Position numbers and translations under genes: made by a program
Assembly: GCA_951406725.2 (NCBI GenBank)
Contig: OX597819.1
Span: forward strand, 76,074,001-76,138,000
From: Octopus vulgaris
Taxonomy: Eukaryota
Direction: 5' to 3'
DNA length: 64,000 nt
Shown: piece after piece, positions 1-11,281 of the stretch
How the letters are laid out: each line of letters begins with the position of its first letter
Position numbering within the stretch: the first letter of the stretch is position 1
Notes under the pieces: generated by a model
Database searches by the model: none
The model's input: the letters and a program-made list of their open reading frames with translations, nothing else
What the model was told of the DNA's origin: nothing

Positions 1-256
1 GCCACACGATCTTCAACGCAGTCAGCAAGTTTGAGGAACAAAGAAGAGACACACTTAGAGACAAGAGACGCACTTAAAGACAAGAGATGTAGGAGGATGG
101 CGCGAGCCGCCTCTGACACCACACCGGATGTTACCTTTGTCTGTGGACGCTGCTCACGGACCTGCCTTTCCCATATCGGACTTGTCAGTCATGAGTGTCC
201 ATGCACGCGACGTTGACAGTCTTCCTGATCTTCGTTCGCGAAGCCGAGCCATGATG
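1..256 (+). mobile_element. 3' end of an RTE-clade LINE (C-terminal C2H2-like motif and 3' UTR), followed by an (ATGT)n array
   Basis: Translation ...FVCGRCSRTCLSHIGLVSHE... is the CxxC...H motif typical of RTE ORF C-termini; a short 3' UTR (tcttcgttcgcgaagccgagccatgatg) runs into (ATGT)n. Confidence 0.65.
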
Positions 257-330
257 TATGTATGTATGTATGTATGTATGTATGTATGTATGTATGTATG
301 TATGTATGTATGTATGTATGTATGTATGTA
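254..330. repeat. (ATGT)n microsatellite
   Basis: Direct reading. Confidence 0.95.
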
Positions 331-1990
331 TTCATGTGTGTGTGTGTGTGCATGCGTGCGTGTGTATATTTGTGTGTATACATACACAAATGGTTACTTC
401 CAAATATGTGTGTAACTTTACCGATGTTTACCCACCCCCCGCCTCGGGAATATACATACTCATTCACACACTTACTCGCTCACCCTCTAATAGATGTGAA
501 TGTGTATTTATGTGCAGAAATACACAAGCGAACATTCAACATTAAACAATGTTAAATGGTTTCTAGAAAAAGATGATTTTTTGCTTTACAAACACACCAA
601 GCTCAATTGTCATCTTTTATTAAATTGGTTCTAATCGAATGTACCGCAAATTTTCTTAAATTCTAATAATTATATTTCCTTTCAATATATTGCAAAATTT
701 TTTCGCTTGTCTTGCAAAGTTAATAGTCCCTTTGTTGTGTGTGAAATCCCCCATTCTCTCTCTCTCTTGATGTACTTCTGGCTCTATTTACTTCAGCACA
801 CAATCTGCATGAAAACACAAGGAATAACCAATTAAATGCTGCTATTACCGAAAACTGACCGGAAATAATTATAATTAATATTATTCTAATTATGTAAATA
901 CGGGAGACAACACTGGACGTGTTTCCTTTTTCAATATAACATCATCAGTGAATCATATACTTCACCCCTCTAAAAAGATGTTGGTAGGAGACGTGCTAAA
1001 ACAGAATTATTTATCGAATTAACATTTCATAGATGCCAGTTTTTACATTTTTGATGTGCCTCGTCGTCGTGTCCCCCTCGTCCCCCTTCTCGCCCTCCTC
1101 GTCGTCCACCTCCTTTTTGTACATCCGCTCATCTTCCTCCATTTCTTCCTCTTCTCTCTTTCCTTCCATATTCCATTTTTTAAAAAATCTCTGGTTTTTA
1201 TCCTACTTCTCAGTTTCTCCGTATTCGTTTGCTTTTCCCTGTCTTATAAACAAATAACGTGGAAGACTACTGCTGCGTTGCCGTCTTGACTTAGAAGTAT
1301 CTCTTTTGAGGACATCTATTTTCTTCTGGATAAGTAGATTTCTTTAGTTGATTGCTTCCTTAACGTAATTAATTGTAAATATTTAAACCCAGATTATAAC
1401 TGTTACTTACCTAGTTCTTTTTTTTTTTACTTTCTTAGGATTTTAAAATCTATTTTCTCGTCAACTTTATTTACAATTAAAGTTCTTCCTTCATATGCTT
1501 TCTCCTATAGATCTATATACATACTATTTAGGCATTTTAACTAATTATTTTAACTAATTATAGATGTGTCAGTATTGAGGTTCTACTTCTACTCGATCCT
1601 TCTCATTCTCATTATGATATCTTCTTCCTAGATACTTTCCTTCGCATTTCAATATCATATAGACTTCTTTACCTTCAGTATCTATTGTTAGAATACTCGC
1701 GCTTTTAAATAGTCCCATCCATTTTGTTATTATAACTGATATCAGTTGAACCAAATTTTCTCAATATGTCTAATAAGCTCAATAAAGCGAAACGTAATTC
1801 AATGATGCATAGATATATTACAATTTTTTTTTATTTAAAAAAGAATAATGAGACGAGTATGTATACAGGGAAGCATGCATGATGTATGTGCGTGTATGCT
1901 TGAGTGTGCGTGCGATTATGTGTGTGTGTGTGTGTGTGTGTGTTTGTGTGAGTGTGTGTGTGTGTGTATATGTGTGTCAGAGAGAGGGAG

Positions 1991-2025
<35 letters not shown>

Positions 2026-2481
2026 TTGCTTGCTCTACGCTTCTGTAATCACATACAAACATCTACATATAATCAAAATAGTTCACAGAATGTAGGTTGG
2101 ATATTTGCATTTTCAATCGCTCTGACCTCCATTCACTGAAAATCCGAGCCGGACGATAATTTTACTTTCTTTTCTAGATCAATAGTGAACTCATTCACGT
2201 TTCAGGCAGCGCAGCATGTGGCAGTTTCATATGAGCCAATCAGAGATCGGTAGTCCCTCGACCGTTTTAGCTATTCAAACACGTTAAATGCTTTATTTTA
2301 CTCTTAGTTCTTCAGCTTCAATTCGACTAGATAGATCGAACTAACGCTTTCTTTCTACAGTCATTGAGGAATCATCGACACAGACGAGAACCAGTTCTTT
2401 TCAGGTGTCTATCATCCTAGGTGTCTATCAGATGTCTGACATCCCATGGTTCAATGCGAAAGGATCGAGACTGTTAATAAG

Positions 2482-2482
<1 letters not shown>

Positions 2483-2512
<30 letters not shown>

Positions 2513-2698
2513 TGTATGTATGTATGTATGTATGTATGTATGTATGTATGTATGTATGTATGTATGTATGTATGTATGTATGTATGTATGTATGTATGTA
2601 TGTATGTATGTATGTATGTATGTATGTACGTACGTATGTATGTATGTATGTATGTATGTATGTATGTATGTATGTATGTATGTATGTATGTATGTATG
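2483..2698. repeat. (ATGT)n microsatellite, about 215 bp
   Basis: Direct reading. Confidence 0.97.
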
Positions 2699-3116
2699 AC
2701 AGCTCAAGTGATAGCTTGCATCTGTAGTCTTCGAATCAACTTTCTCCCTTCTGGTTTTGGGAAGCCTAATTTCTCAAGATTGGTATTTCGAACAGTCTGT
2801 TACGTATTCCGGTGCCGCAATAATTACAGGTATAGACCCGAACTTGTAATCTGGCTAGAGTAACTGCAGATTTCTCAATAGTTCAGCGTTGGTATTCTCT
2901 TTTTCACTGATCTTCAACTTCATGTTATTATCTGCTGGGTAGCTGATTTCCAGAATTGTACACAGTTTCTCTTCCATATCCCAAATCATTATGTTAAGTC
3001 TATTGTGTTTACATTTAATTGAGGTTTTCACTGGGACATTATATTAGTACTTCTTTTTACTATAAGTTTTTACTATAAGGTTCTTTTTTCTTTGTCCTCG
3101 GGGTTATCTTTCCGAC
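2699..3116 (-). mobile_element. Decayed C-terminal restriction-like endonuclease (RLE) region of an RLE-clade non-LTR retrotransposon (R4/NeSL/HERO-like), flanked by (CATA)n
   Basis: Minus strand reads ...NVPVKTSIKCKHNRLNIMIWDMEEKLCTILEISYPADNNMKLKISEKENTNAELLRNLQLL*PDYKFGSIPVII..., matching the (N)RPDI..D....I.E...P / K...Y..L / IP.I RLE pattern, with stops and a frameshift. Confidence 0.65.
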
Positions 3117-3360
3117 GTATGTATATATGCATGTATGCATGTATGCATGTATGTATGGATGTATGATGTATATATGCATGTATTTATGCATGCATACTTG
3201 TGTGTATGCATATATATTCATGCGCACGAATTCATTTCTTTGCACGATTCTTTATAAAACATCATCTTTTGGGAAAGGTGTAATATCTTGGGAGGGTCAT
3301 TTTTCAATAACAAATATACGCACTGGTTCTACTTCACTTCTTCATTGTATTTTATAAAAT

Positions 3361-3560
3361 GACAAGTTGGTAGAATCAGTAGTGATCGTTAAAAATGTCT
3401 GAGAGTAATTCGTCTATCTCATTAAGTTCTCAGTTTAAATTCCTTCGATGCCCATTTTCCATTTCATCCAATCGAGTTCGATAGAATAAGTGCCAGTCAA
3501 ATTCACCCTCCTCCAACTGAAAATTGTTGTTTTTGCACCAGAATTTGAAACCATTATTAT
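3361..3560 (+). mobile_element. Old copy of SINE family A (tRNA-derived, same family as 60813-61220)
   Basis: Diverged match to ...gttctgagttcaaattcc...tttcatcc...gataaaataagtaccag with an (ATT)n tail. Confidence 0.55.
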
Positions 3561-3838
3561 TCATAGCATAAGAAGTTGAAGAGTTAACAAATTAACTACT
3601 CGACTTAATTAATATTTCGATGAAATAATCAATTATCTGAGCGATTGAGTGAACGAAAGATTAAACAAGAAATTGATTTGGTAATTTGGTTAATTGATTG
3701 CACAGCAGCTTAAATGTGAAATAGAAACATTAAGATTCTTCCTTATTGACAAAATGATCCTCCCATGATATAACAACACACACACATGGATGTGTGTGCT
3801 TATGTGTGCGTGGGTGCGTAATATATATACATATATAT

Positions 3839-3882
<44 letters not shown>

Positions 3883-4006
3883 GTATACATGTATATGAGT
3901 AGAATATGTATATATATATATATATGTATATATACATAGATGTATATGTATATATGTACGTATGCATGTATATATATATGCATATGTATGCATACATGTA
4001 TATTTA

Positions 4007-4139
<133 letters not shown>

Positions 4140-4267
4140 AGTAAAGTGTGAAAAAACGACAGAAGGCTTAAATGTTAAAAAATATATATATTTGCGTCAA
4201 AATGTCTGGAGAATATTGGAAAAAATTTTTTTCCTTTCCTTAAAATGACATAATTTAAAAATTTTTA

Positions 4268-4307
4268 AAGAAATTACCGGTTTCGCGTGTAGCTTTTCAA
4301 ATTTCTT
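4268..4307 (-). ncRNA. Minimal type-I hammerhead ribozyme, U3-A8 covariant core
   Basis: aagaaat-TTGAAAA-gc tacac gc-GAAAC-CG-GTA-atttctt: 7-bp stem I and palindromic ACCGGT stem III, lying 3' of the GIY-YIG ORF. Confidence 0.75.
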
Positions 4308-4433
4308 GTGACGTTATGTTTATATTGCATGGAATTATCGTTGTTTTTATTTCCAGGAGATTTCTAAATAAGTAGTGATTTTTTCCGGTGTAGGGGAGAT
4401 AATCGCTTAAAAAATTTTTTTCCCATTTCCTTG

Positions 4434-5090
4434 TTAATTTCTCTGTGTCAGTATGTTCGGATGGTTGAGTCTGGGTTTGTACTTTTCAATGAAGAATGTT
4501 TCCTTGTTCAGTCTCATTTGTGTTGATGATCCGAAAGCACATTGGTAAAATGGGAAGATTAAAAATTGTGGCAGTAGTTGCTTTGCGCATTTCTCAATGT
4601 GCTCACTAAAAGGTATCATTCTATATTCTGGGAATGCAATCTGTTGTCGATGCAGTGTGCATCTGCGCCTGAGTGATAGTCCCGTGGAACCCACGTAGTC
4701 TTGGTGGCAGCCCGAGCATTTAATAACATAAATTATGTTTTCAGAGGCACAAGTAAAGTTAGATTTGATCTTAAATTTCTGTCCCTCTTTAAAGAAGAAT
4801 TCTGATCCTTCCAATAGGTTAGGACATGTTGCACAGTTCGATCTACCACATTTTTTTACTTTTGCATCCGTAATTTTAGAAGACAATTTTGCCTTTGTGA
4901 GAATCTTTTTAAGTGATTTAGGCTGTTTGTAGCTTTTAATGATTTGGTGTATGTTTAGAATTTCCTTTAATTTTGGGTTTTTATGAAGTATTGGTAAATT
5001 CTGGGTGATGATGGTGAAGGCTTCTTTGTTTCTGGGGTTGTATGTAGATATGTAAGGTAGTATTTTCGGGGAAGGTGTGTTGTTGTGTTG
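4434..5090 (-). CDS. PLE ORF C-terminus: linker, Cys-rich motif and GIY-YIG endonuclease (5'-truncated, uninterrupted frame)
   Basis: The frame is open from 5090: ...ILPYISTYNP...SYKQPKSLKKIL...KCGRSNCATC...CASENIIYVIKCSGCHQDYVGSTG..LRRR..H...EH...E..FI....P.LN, i.e. GIY-YIG (IIY/YVG) with the PLE CCHH motif. Confidence 0.88.
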   Translation of the reverse strand, partial: QHNNTPSPKILPYISTYNPRNKEAFTIITQNLPILHKNPKLKEILNIHQIIKSYKQPKSLKKILTKAKLSSKITDAKVKKCGRSNCATCPNLLEGSEFFFKEGQKFKIKSNFTCASENIIYVIKCSGCHQDYVGSTGLSLRRRCTLHRQQIAFPEYRMIPFSEHIEKCAKQLLPQFLIFPFYQCAFGSSTQMRLNKETFFIEKYKPRLNHPNILTQRN

Positions 5091-5274
5091 AACTTTTTAA
5101 AAAAAATTTTAAATTATGTCATTTTAAGGAAAGGAAAAAAAATTTTTCCAATATTCTCCAGACATTTTGACACAAATATATATATTTTTTAACATTTAAG
5201 CCTTCTGTCGTTTTTTCACACTTTACTATTTTCTTATATATTCACCCACGTGCTTTACCAAACAAACTTTCTTA

Positions 5275-5313
<39 letters not shown>

Positions 5314-5829
5314 TTTTATATACATGTAGTATGTAGATTCCTACATACTGTGATATACTAAAAGGAACTTGTAAACACCTTGAAATCCAATTATGTTTAG
5401 AATTTTTGGGGAAATTTGACCTTAAAATAGAATAGTCAAAACGTTCCTATCAAAATGAAAGTAATTCAATTATATGATTTATATATGTGGACATTTCTAA
5501 ATTTTTCGAAATACTTATATTCTTGTAACGACGTGCGTGTGCCCTTGAGTATTTGCTGTTAAATATAAATATATATTAGGCTGCGAGCATGTATACATTT
5601 GCGCCCGTTAATTTTGATCGTATTTGTCCGTTTGAAAACATTACCCCATCGTACGTATGGAATATGCGCCTCTGAGTTACCACAACACTGCATTCTGTAT
5701 TTATGTTGTGGATATTAATATTTGAGAAATATCAATTTATATAAAATGTATTTTCATTTATTTTTCAATTAATATTCAGAGGTTGTTGCGAATAAGAAAC
5801 TAACTTGCAATAAAGTATTTGCATTTGAT

Positions 5830-5897
<68 letters not shown>

Positions 5898-8547
5898 ATG
5901 CACAGACCCACAAGTACACATGTGCTTACAAAACTCTGCCTCATACGTACACACTTAGACACGTGCACATATTTACTTGCTGAATTTGGAAGGAATGGCG
6001 GTGGGTTATCATGATCGTTGCACACTTTCTGAAACCGGTACGGTTGATACCGTCAATACAATATTCCGTTTAAACTGTTGTAAGTCAACTCATGCAGGGG
6101 AGATATGTACAGTCAGGATACTCTAAATCACTGATATTGTGAAGAGAAAGAAATACGCACTGTGGTTTCTGCGGGACCGGCGGTGAATGGAAGATAAATG
6201 GATAGCTGGATGCAATCAAGGAGACGAGAAGTCAAGAGTGACGAATGGAACCAACAGCTTCTAAGGATCAGAACATCATAGTAGCGTTTAGAAAGACAGA
6301 AAGTGAAAACAGCACGCCGCTGGGCCAGAGGCTGCCGTCTGTCTATTTGCTATTGAATTCGAACCAGATATGTGGCTTTTACTCCGTATAAGTTCCAGGA
6401 ACAATACACTTCCAGACAAGAGAACTGTAATCCTGTTGCGTTTGGGAATAAGATATTTGGATTGAATGACTAGTCTTTGGAATGTGTCAGAGCGATATGT
6501 GCAGGGAGAAAGTTCAGAGGGGTTAATGGTCTGGGGAGGAAAGACTGGAGGTAATGGTTTGAGTGGACTTGTTTTGTGTAGTATGAGTGATGAGATGTGA
6601 TATTGCTTGAGTGGGTGGAGTACGTGACCGAACAATTTTGCGTAGCTGGAGCAGTGTAATAAAGTTAAGAAGGGACATAGGAGACTGCCCCTATGTGCCA
6701 ATTACTCTTTTTCTAAGTCTTTTTCTAAAAGCGATCTAGAATGTCTTTGTTTGAAGCATCAGCACTTTCCGAGAGATATTAGCCTGATTCCACTGTGGGC
6801 CTAACAAATTTGGCAGACAATATTTGCTGGCGGCTTAAGTATTTACTGGTACTCAAAGGGACGAGCAGTCTTTGTGACGAAGTACTCTGCTATTTTGAAT
6901 TTTTTAAATACACAATAGTGGTGAGGCCTTATGTTTGCATTATGTTCTTCTGTTACTAATTTTATATTTATATGCAAATCTTCGTTATCAACCTGAAGGA
7001 TACGAACTTGAAATTGTGAGGAAACAATATCTGGCACAGGATGGTTAGGTTTGTATGTTCTATTGTATTTGGCGTCGATGTCTTGGATTCTAAATTAAAT
7101 ATTGACGACTGCCATCAGTCAAAATTGCAGTCTCCATACGCTTTATAGCTGATCATGATATCAAAGCTAACCATGTTACTGAATTATCGATTAAGATATT
7201 GTCTTTCAAATGAGGTCACATGTCATCCGGTTTCTTCATTAATTATAGTTTGTTATGGTTTATTTCCCAGCCATTGTGTCATGGGAAGGCACGATAGATA
7301 GATAGAGTGATGTGTAGATAGATGACATATGCATACAAAGCTAGAATTGCGTGTGCATACATGCATATATGTATGAGTAATTATATACATATATATATAT
7401 ATGCATATATACACACTCATATACACACGTATACATTTATTATGCATATAGAGAATGAGAAATTATAGAGACAAAGATGAAGTGAAACCTAATAAACACA
7501 TTGGATTTCTACAACAACTGCATACACCTTCCTGGCAAGCAATTGAAGAGTCCCATCATATACGTTTTTATTCTTTGTCGGCACGTATGCGGAGAATTAT
7601 TGAAATACGATAGGTTGAAAATTAAAAAGAATATCTTTCCTAATTTCTTTCAGAGGAATATTTTCCTGAAAAGTATATTCATTCCCTGCATAAATTCTCT
7701 TTCCTGCTCTACATTCTTCCCCTCTCTCTTTTCCTTTATTCACTCTCTCTCTCACACACACACGCACATATATTTGCATTTGTATATAAACACATATATC
7801 TATTCATACCTACCTACATACCTATCTACCTACTTACCTATTTACCTACTGACCGACCGACCTACCATCCTACCTACTTACATAAATACATATATGCCAT
7901 ATATACATGGCACACACAGACACACATGTAAATTTGTATGTATGTATGCATGCATGCATATGTGTATGTATGCATGAATATATAAGTGTGTGTGTCTGTG
8001 TGTGTGCATGCGTGTGTATAAGTATGTGCGTGTACGAGAGACAGAACATTTATATAAGGAATGATTATATTTCTTTGGGGAAAATATATCTCTAAAAGAG
8101 AGTAGGAATGTTCTATTTAATTTTCCAATCATCATTTCTCAATAATTCTCTGTATAAAACTTATATATATATAGGGGCATACGAAAGTGAACAGTAAATT
8201 TCCTAAATTTGAAGACAGAAAAATCAATGCTACGAAATTGGAATTTTGCTTAATTTTGCACCTTCATTTGGAATTATTATCGATTGGCACAAATATCATC
8301 ACTTCCTTCTTTATTTTATCTTTATCTATATTTTTATTGATTTTCCTTTATAGCCTCTCCGCAGTATCTAACGTACGCAACCCTACGCACGAGCATACAC
8401 ATTTTATATGAGTGCGATATTTCACCTGTCTATATGGCATTAGCTTTGAGCTGGATAGAAGTATTCATTGGTCATGAATTTAAGCAACTACAGACGCACG
8501 TGCAAAGATATTAGGTACATATTTTATATACATATATGTATATAGAT

Positions 8548-8582
<35 letters not shown>

Positions 8583-8583
<1 letters not shown>

Positions 8584-8780
8584 TCCTTTATTCTTTTATT
8601 TGTTTCAGTCATTTGACTGCGACCATGCTGGAGCACTGCCTTTAGTCGAACAAAATTGACCCCAGGACTTATTCTTTGTACGCCTAGTACTGATTCTATC
8701 AGTCACTTGCCGAACCGCTATATATCGGGGACGTAAACACACTAACATCGGTTGTCAAGCGATGGTGGGGTACAGACACA
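8583..8780 (-). mobile_element. SINE family B, 3' part
   Basis: Reverse complement matches 10670-10783 (gcttgacaaccgatg...cggttcggcaa...gatagaat...ctggggtc). Confidence 0.8.
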
Positions 8781-8829
8781 GATAGACAAACATACACTCA
8801 CACATATATACACACATACACACATATAC

Positions 8830-9320
8830 AGGATCCTGTTTTCTACATATATTCCTTTATATGGAGCTCTGACATCCCCTTTACCCCATTTCTATAAATA
8901 GAAAATCTTTATTGTCTCCTTTCATTTGTTCTTCCCTCTCAGAACCTTACAGTAGTCTGGAACAACTGAATCTTAGTCAGTCAGTTGATGGGCTCCACTA
9001 CCTCAAATGTTCTTAAAATTTAAATCCACATCTTTGTCTATATATCTACCTTCTCTATAATGTTGCCACTTGATATGGAAATTTTTGTATTAATGGAAAA
9101 CCTCTATAAATGGCTGATGAGTGCTCAGCATTTTAAAACTGTTGTAATACTTACAACATTTAATAAAATGATGTAGTACGAAACGATCGTACCAAATTAC
9201 CGGAGTCATTCTTGTTGCTTATTTTGATTATAATCACCCCACGGATTTATATGGATAACACAATACAGAATTCTGGTGCATCTAAATTAAGTACCATATT
9301 CATTTGAATCTAAATTTTTG

Positions 9321-9322
<2 letters not shown>
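8830..9322 (+). mobile_element. Non-autonomous PLE-like element carrying a hammerhead, between (CA/TA)n and (TA)n
   Basis: Contains the intact hammerhead at 9111-9194; the 3' end abuts (TA)n. Confidence 0.6.
9111..9194 (+). ncRNA. Type-I hammerhead ribozyme with canonical core and extended stem II
   Basis: tgg-CTGATGA-gtgct...agtac-GAAAC-gatc-GTA-cca; stem II is extended by catttta/taaaatg and tgttgtaa/ttacaaca; palindrome ACGATCGT. Confidence 0.8.
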
Positions 9323-9367
<45 letters not shown>

Positions 9368-9564
9368 CATACATGTATGTATGTATGTATGTATGTATGT
9401 ATGTATGTATGTATGTATGTATGTATGTATAAGTATATGTATATTCTAAATGATTAATGAGGAAGACTGTGTGTACTAGAAGCTTTATTTAGGACAAGAA
9501 TGGTTTCGGCTTACTTCTGCAGTATTCCGTAAAATATAATTTTAAATACAACTTACATATATAC

Positions 9565-10414
9565 ATGGGTAAATTCTATTTTAATGTCTTTAGTTTCGCG
9601 CATGTGCATTGTTTTCTTCTTGATTTTGTAGACAACACAGTATAGTGTCAGTTGGGACCGTCTGTAAGAATAACAGCACCATGACGCAATTCACTCTGCC
9701 AGAAATTTGAAAACGACATGCTGTACTGCTTGGCATTCGCGCTCCAATACGAAAAGATGGTGAGCACACAAAACAACCATTGGCTTGCGTGTCCTCAAAA
9801 TATGTACTTAGCATGATGAAAATCAAATATCCAGTCCAACATTATAGCATTTGGGATGATTACTAGTGATGGCGATGTTATGCCTCCTTTTATATTCCCA
9901 CACGTTCTCAGACTCAACATGGAGGCCTACAACAATTTCTTGGAGGAGGTAGTGCTGCCCTGGGTCAAGTGGCTGGCTGCTGGAAGACCCTGTGTTTGAC
10001 AACAGGACTCTGTATCATGTCACATAAACAAGAGAACCCAGTCATGGCTGTCAGACAATTTCTGCAACCACATCACCCCTAAAATCTAGCCACATAACTC
10101 CCGAGACTGCAACCCCCTTGATTATTATATGTAGGGCGCAGTTGAGCAAAACTTCCTTGTAACGGCAAAGATGAACTGGAGGCAAGGATTATGGCAGCAT
10201 TCACCAACTTAAACAAGGAGACCGTTCAGAAGAGGAGATTCAAAAGTCGTCTGGAGACCGTGGTTGAAGCCAATGGCGATTTTGTAAAATAGATTTACTC
10301 TTTACTATTTCAAGATATTCTTATGTAATTTTGGTAAATATATCCGTTAAAATGAGATGTCAGTATTACTTTCATTTTTGCTTAATTTAGACGAAATATA
10401 TTCACTACACCCTG
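9565..10414 (+). mobile_element. Decayed Tc1/mariner maT-family (DD37D) transposon, internally deleted
   Basis: Reads ...GDVMPPFIF...LEEVVLPW...QQDS..CH...TQSWL...*PHNSRDCNPLDY; 37 residues between the 2nd and 3rd Asp; ends ...caccctg. Confidence 0.85.
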
Positions 10415-10415
10415 T

Positions 10416-10568
10416 GTGTGGCTGTGTGCTAAGTAGCTTTCTAACCATTCACATGGTTCTGGGTTCCGTCCCACTGCGTGGCACCTTGGGCAAGTCTTCT
10501 ACTTTAGCCTCGGGCCGACCAAAGCCTTGTGAGTGGATTTGTTAAACAGAAACTGAAAGACGCCCGTC

Positions 10569-10633
<65 letters not shown>

Positions 10634-10783
10634 TATATGTGTGTGTGTGTGTGTATGTATCTTTTTGTCCCCAACATCGCTTGACAATCGATGCTGGTGT
10701 GTTTGCGTCCCGTCATTTAGCGGTTTGGCAAGAGAGACCGATAGAATAAGCACTAGGGTTACAAAGAATAATCCTGGGGTCGA
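10416..10783 (+). mobile_element. SINE family B (tRNA head, CORE-like ccttgggcaagt, internal (TA)n/(TG)n)
   Basis: A-box-like gtggctgtgtgctaag and B-box-like gggttccgtccc; several copies in the window. Confidence 0.85.
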
Positions 10784-10811
10784 CGGGGTGCCACGATATA
10801 CACACCACAGG

Positions 10812-10959
10812 ATTGTTTCAGTTTCCGTCTACCAAATCCACTTGCAAGGCTTTGGTTGGCCCGTGGTTATAGCAGAAGACACTCACACAAGTTTCTATGC
10901 AGTGAGACTGAACCCGGAACCATGTGGTTAGGAAGCAAATACTTACCACACAGCCACGC
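10812..10959 (-). mobile_element. SINE family B 5' part, inverted relative to 10416-10783
   Basis: Reverse complement matches the head and body of the adjacent copy. Confidence 0.8.
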
Positions 10960-11281
10960 GTGTATCAGTAACGTAAATGCTTATAAAAATACATAGTCAT
11001 TCCTTCTATGACTGCTGATGCTTAACACCACCTCTCATCATTGAATTGCTTATCTATTTGATGCAGACTTATCCAAGCAACGAAAGCGTAATTCTGACTG
11101 TGATATCTAGACACCTTTCCTCCGCCATTAAGGGAAACAACGCATTAATCGTTTTAATATCGGTTATCACGTCTGCCATTTTGAAACAAAACCGCTTGAC
11201 ATTGCTCCCAGTCAATTAATCATTTCACGAATTAGTCAATTCGTTAAAACATACGACAGTCACGGAGATTCTCTAATATGA

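Noticed and set aside
4434-5090. Selenocysteine recoding as in Naiad-type PLEs
   Set aside because: No in-frame TGA in the preserved frame and no SECIS recognised.
6025-6045. GAAACCGGTA palindrome
   Set aside because: No upstream CUGANGA or stem II.
11100-11250. Possible conserved enhancer (TAAT and GCCATTTT motifs)
   Set aside because: Short motifs are expected by chance in AT-rich DNA; cross-species conservation data would be needed.
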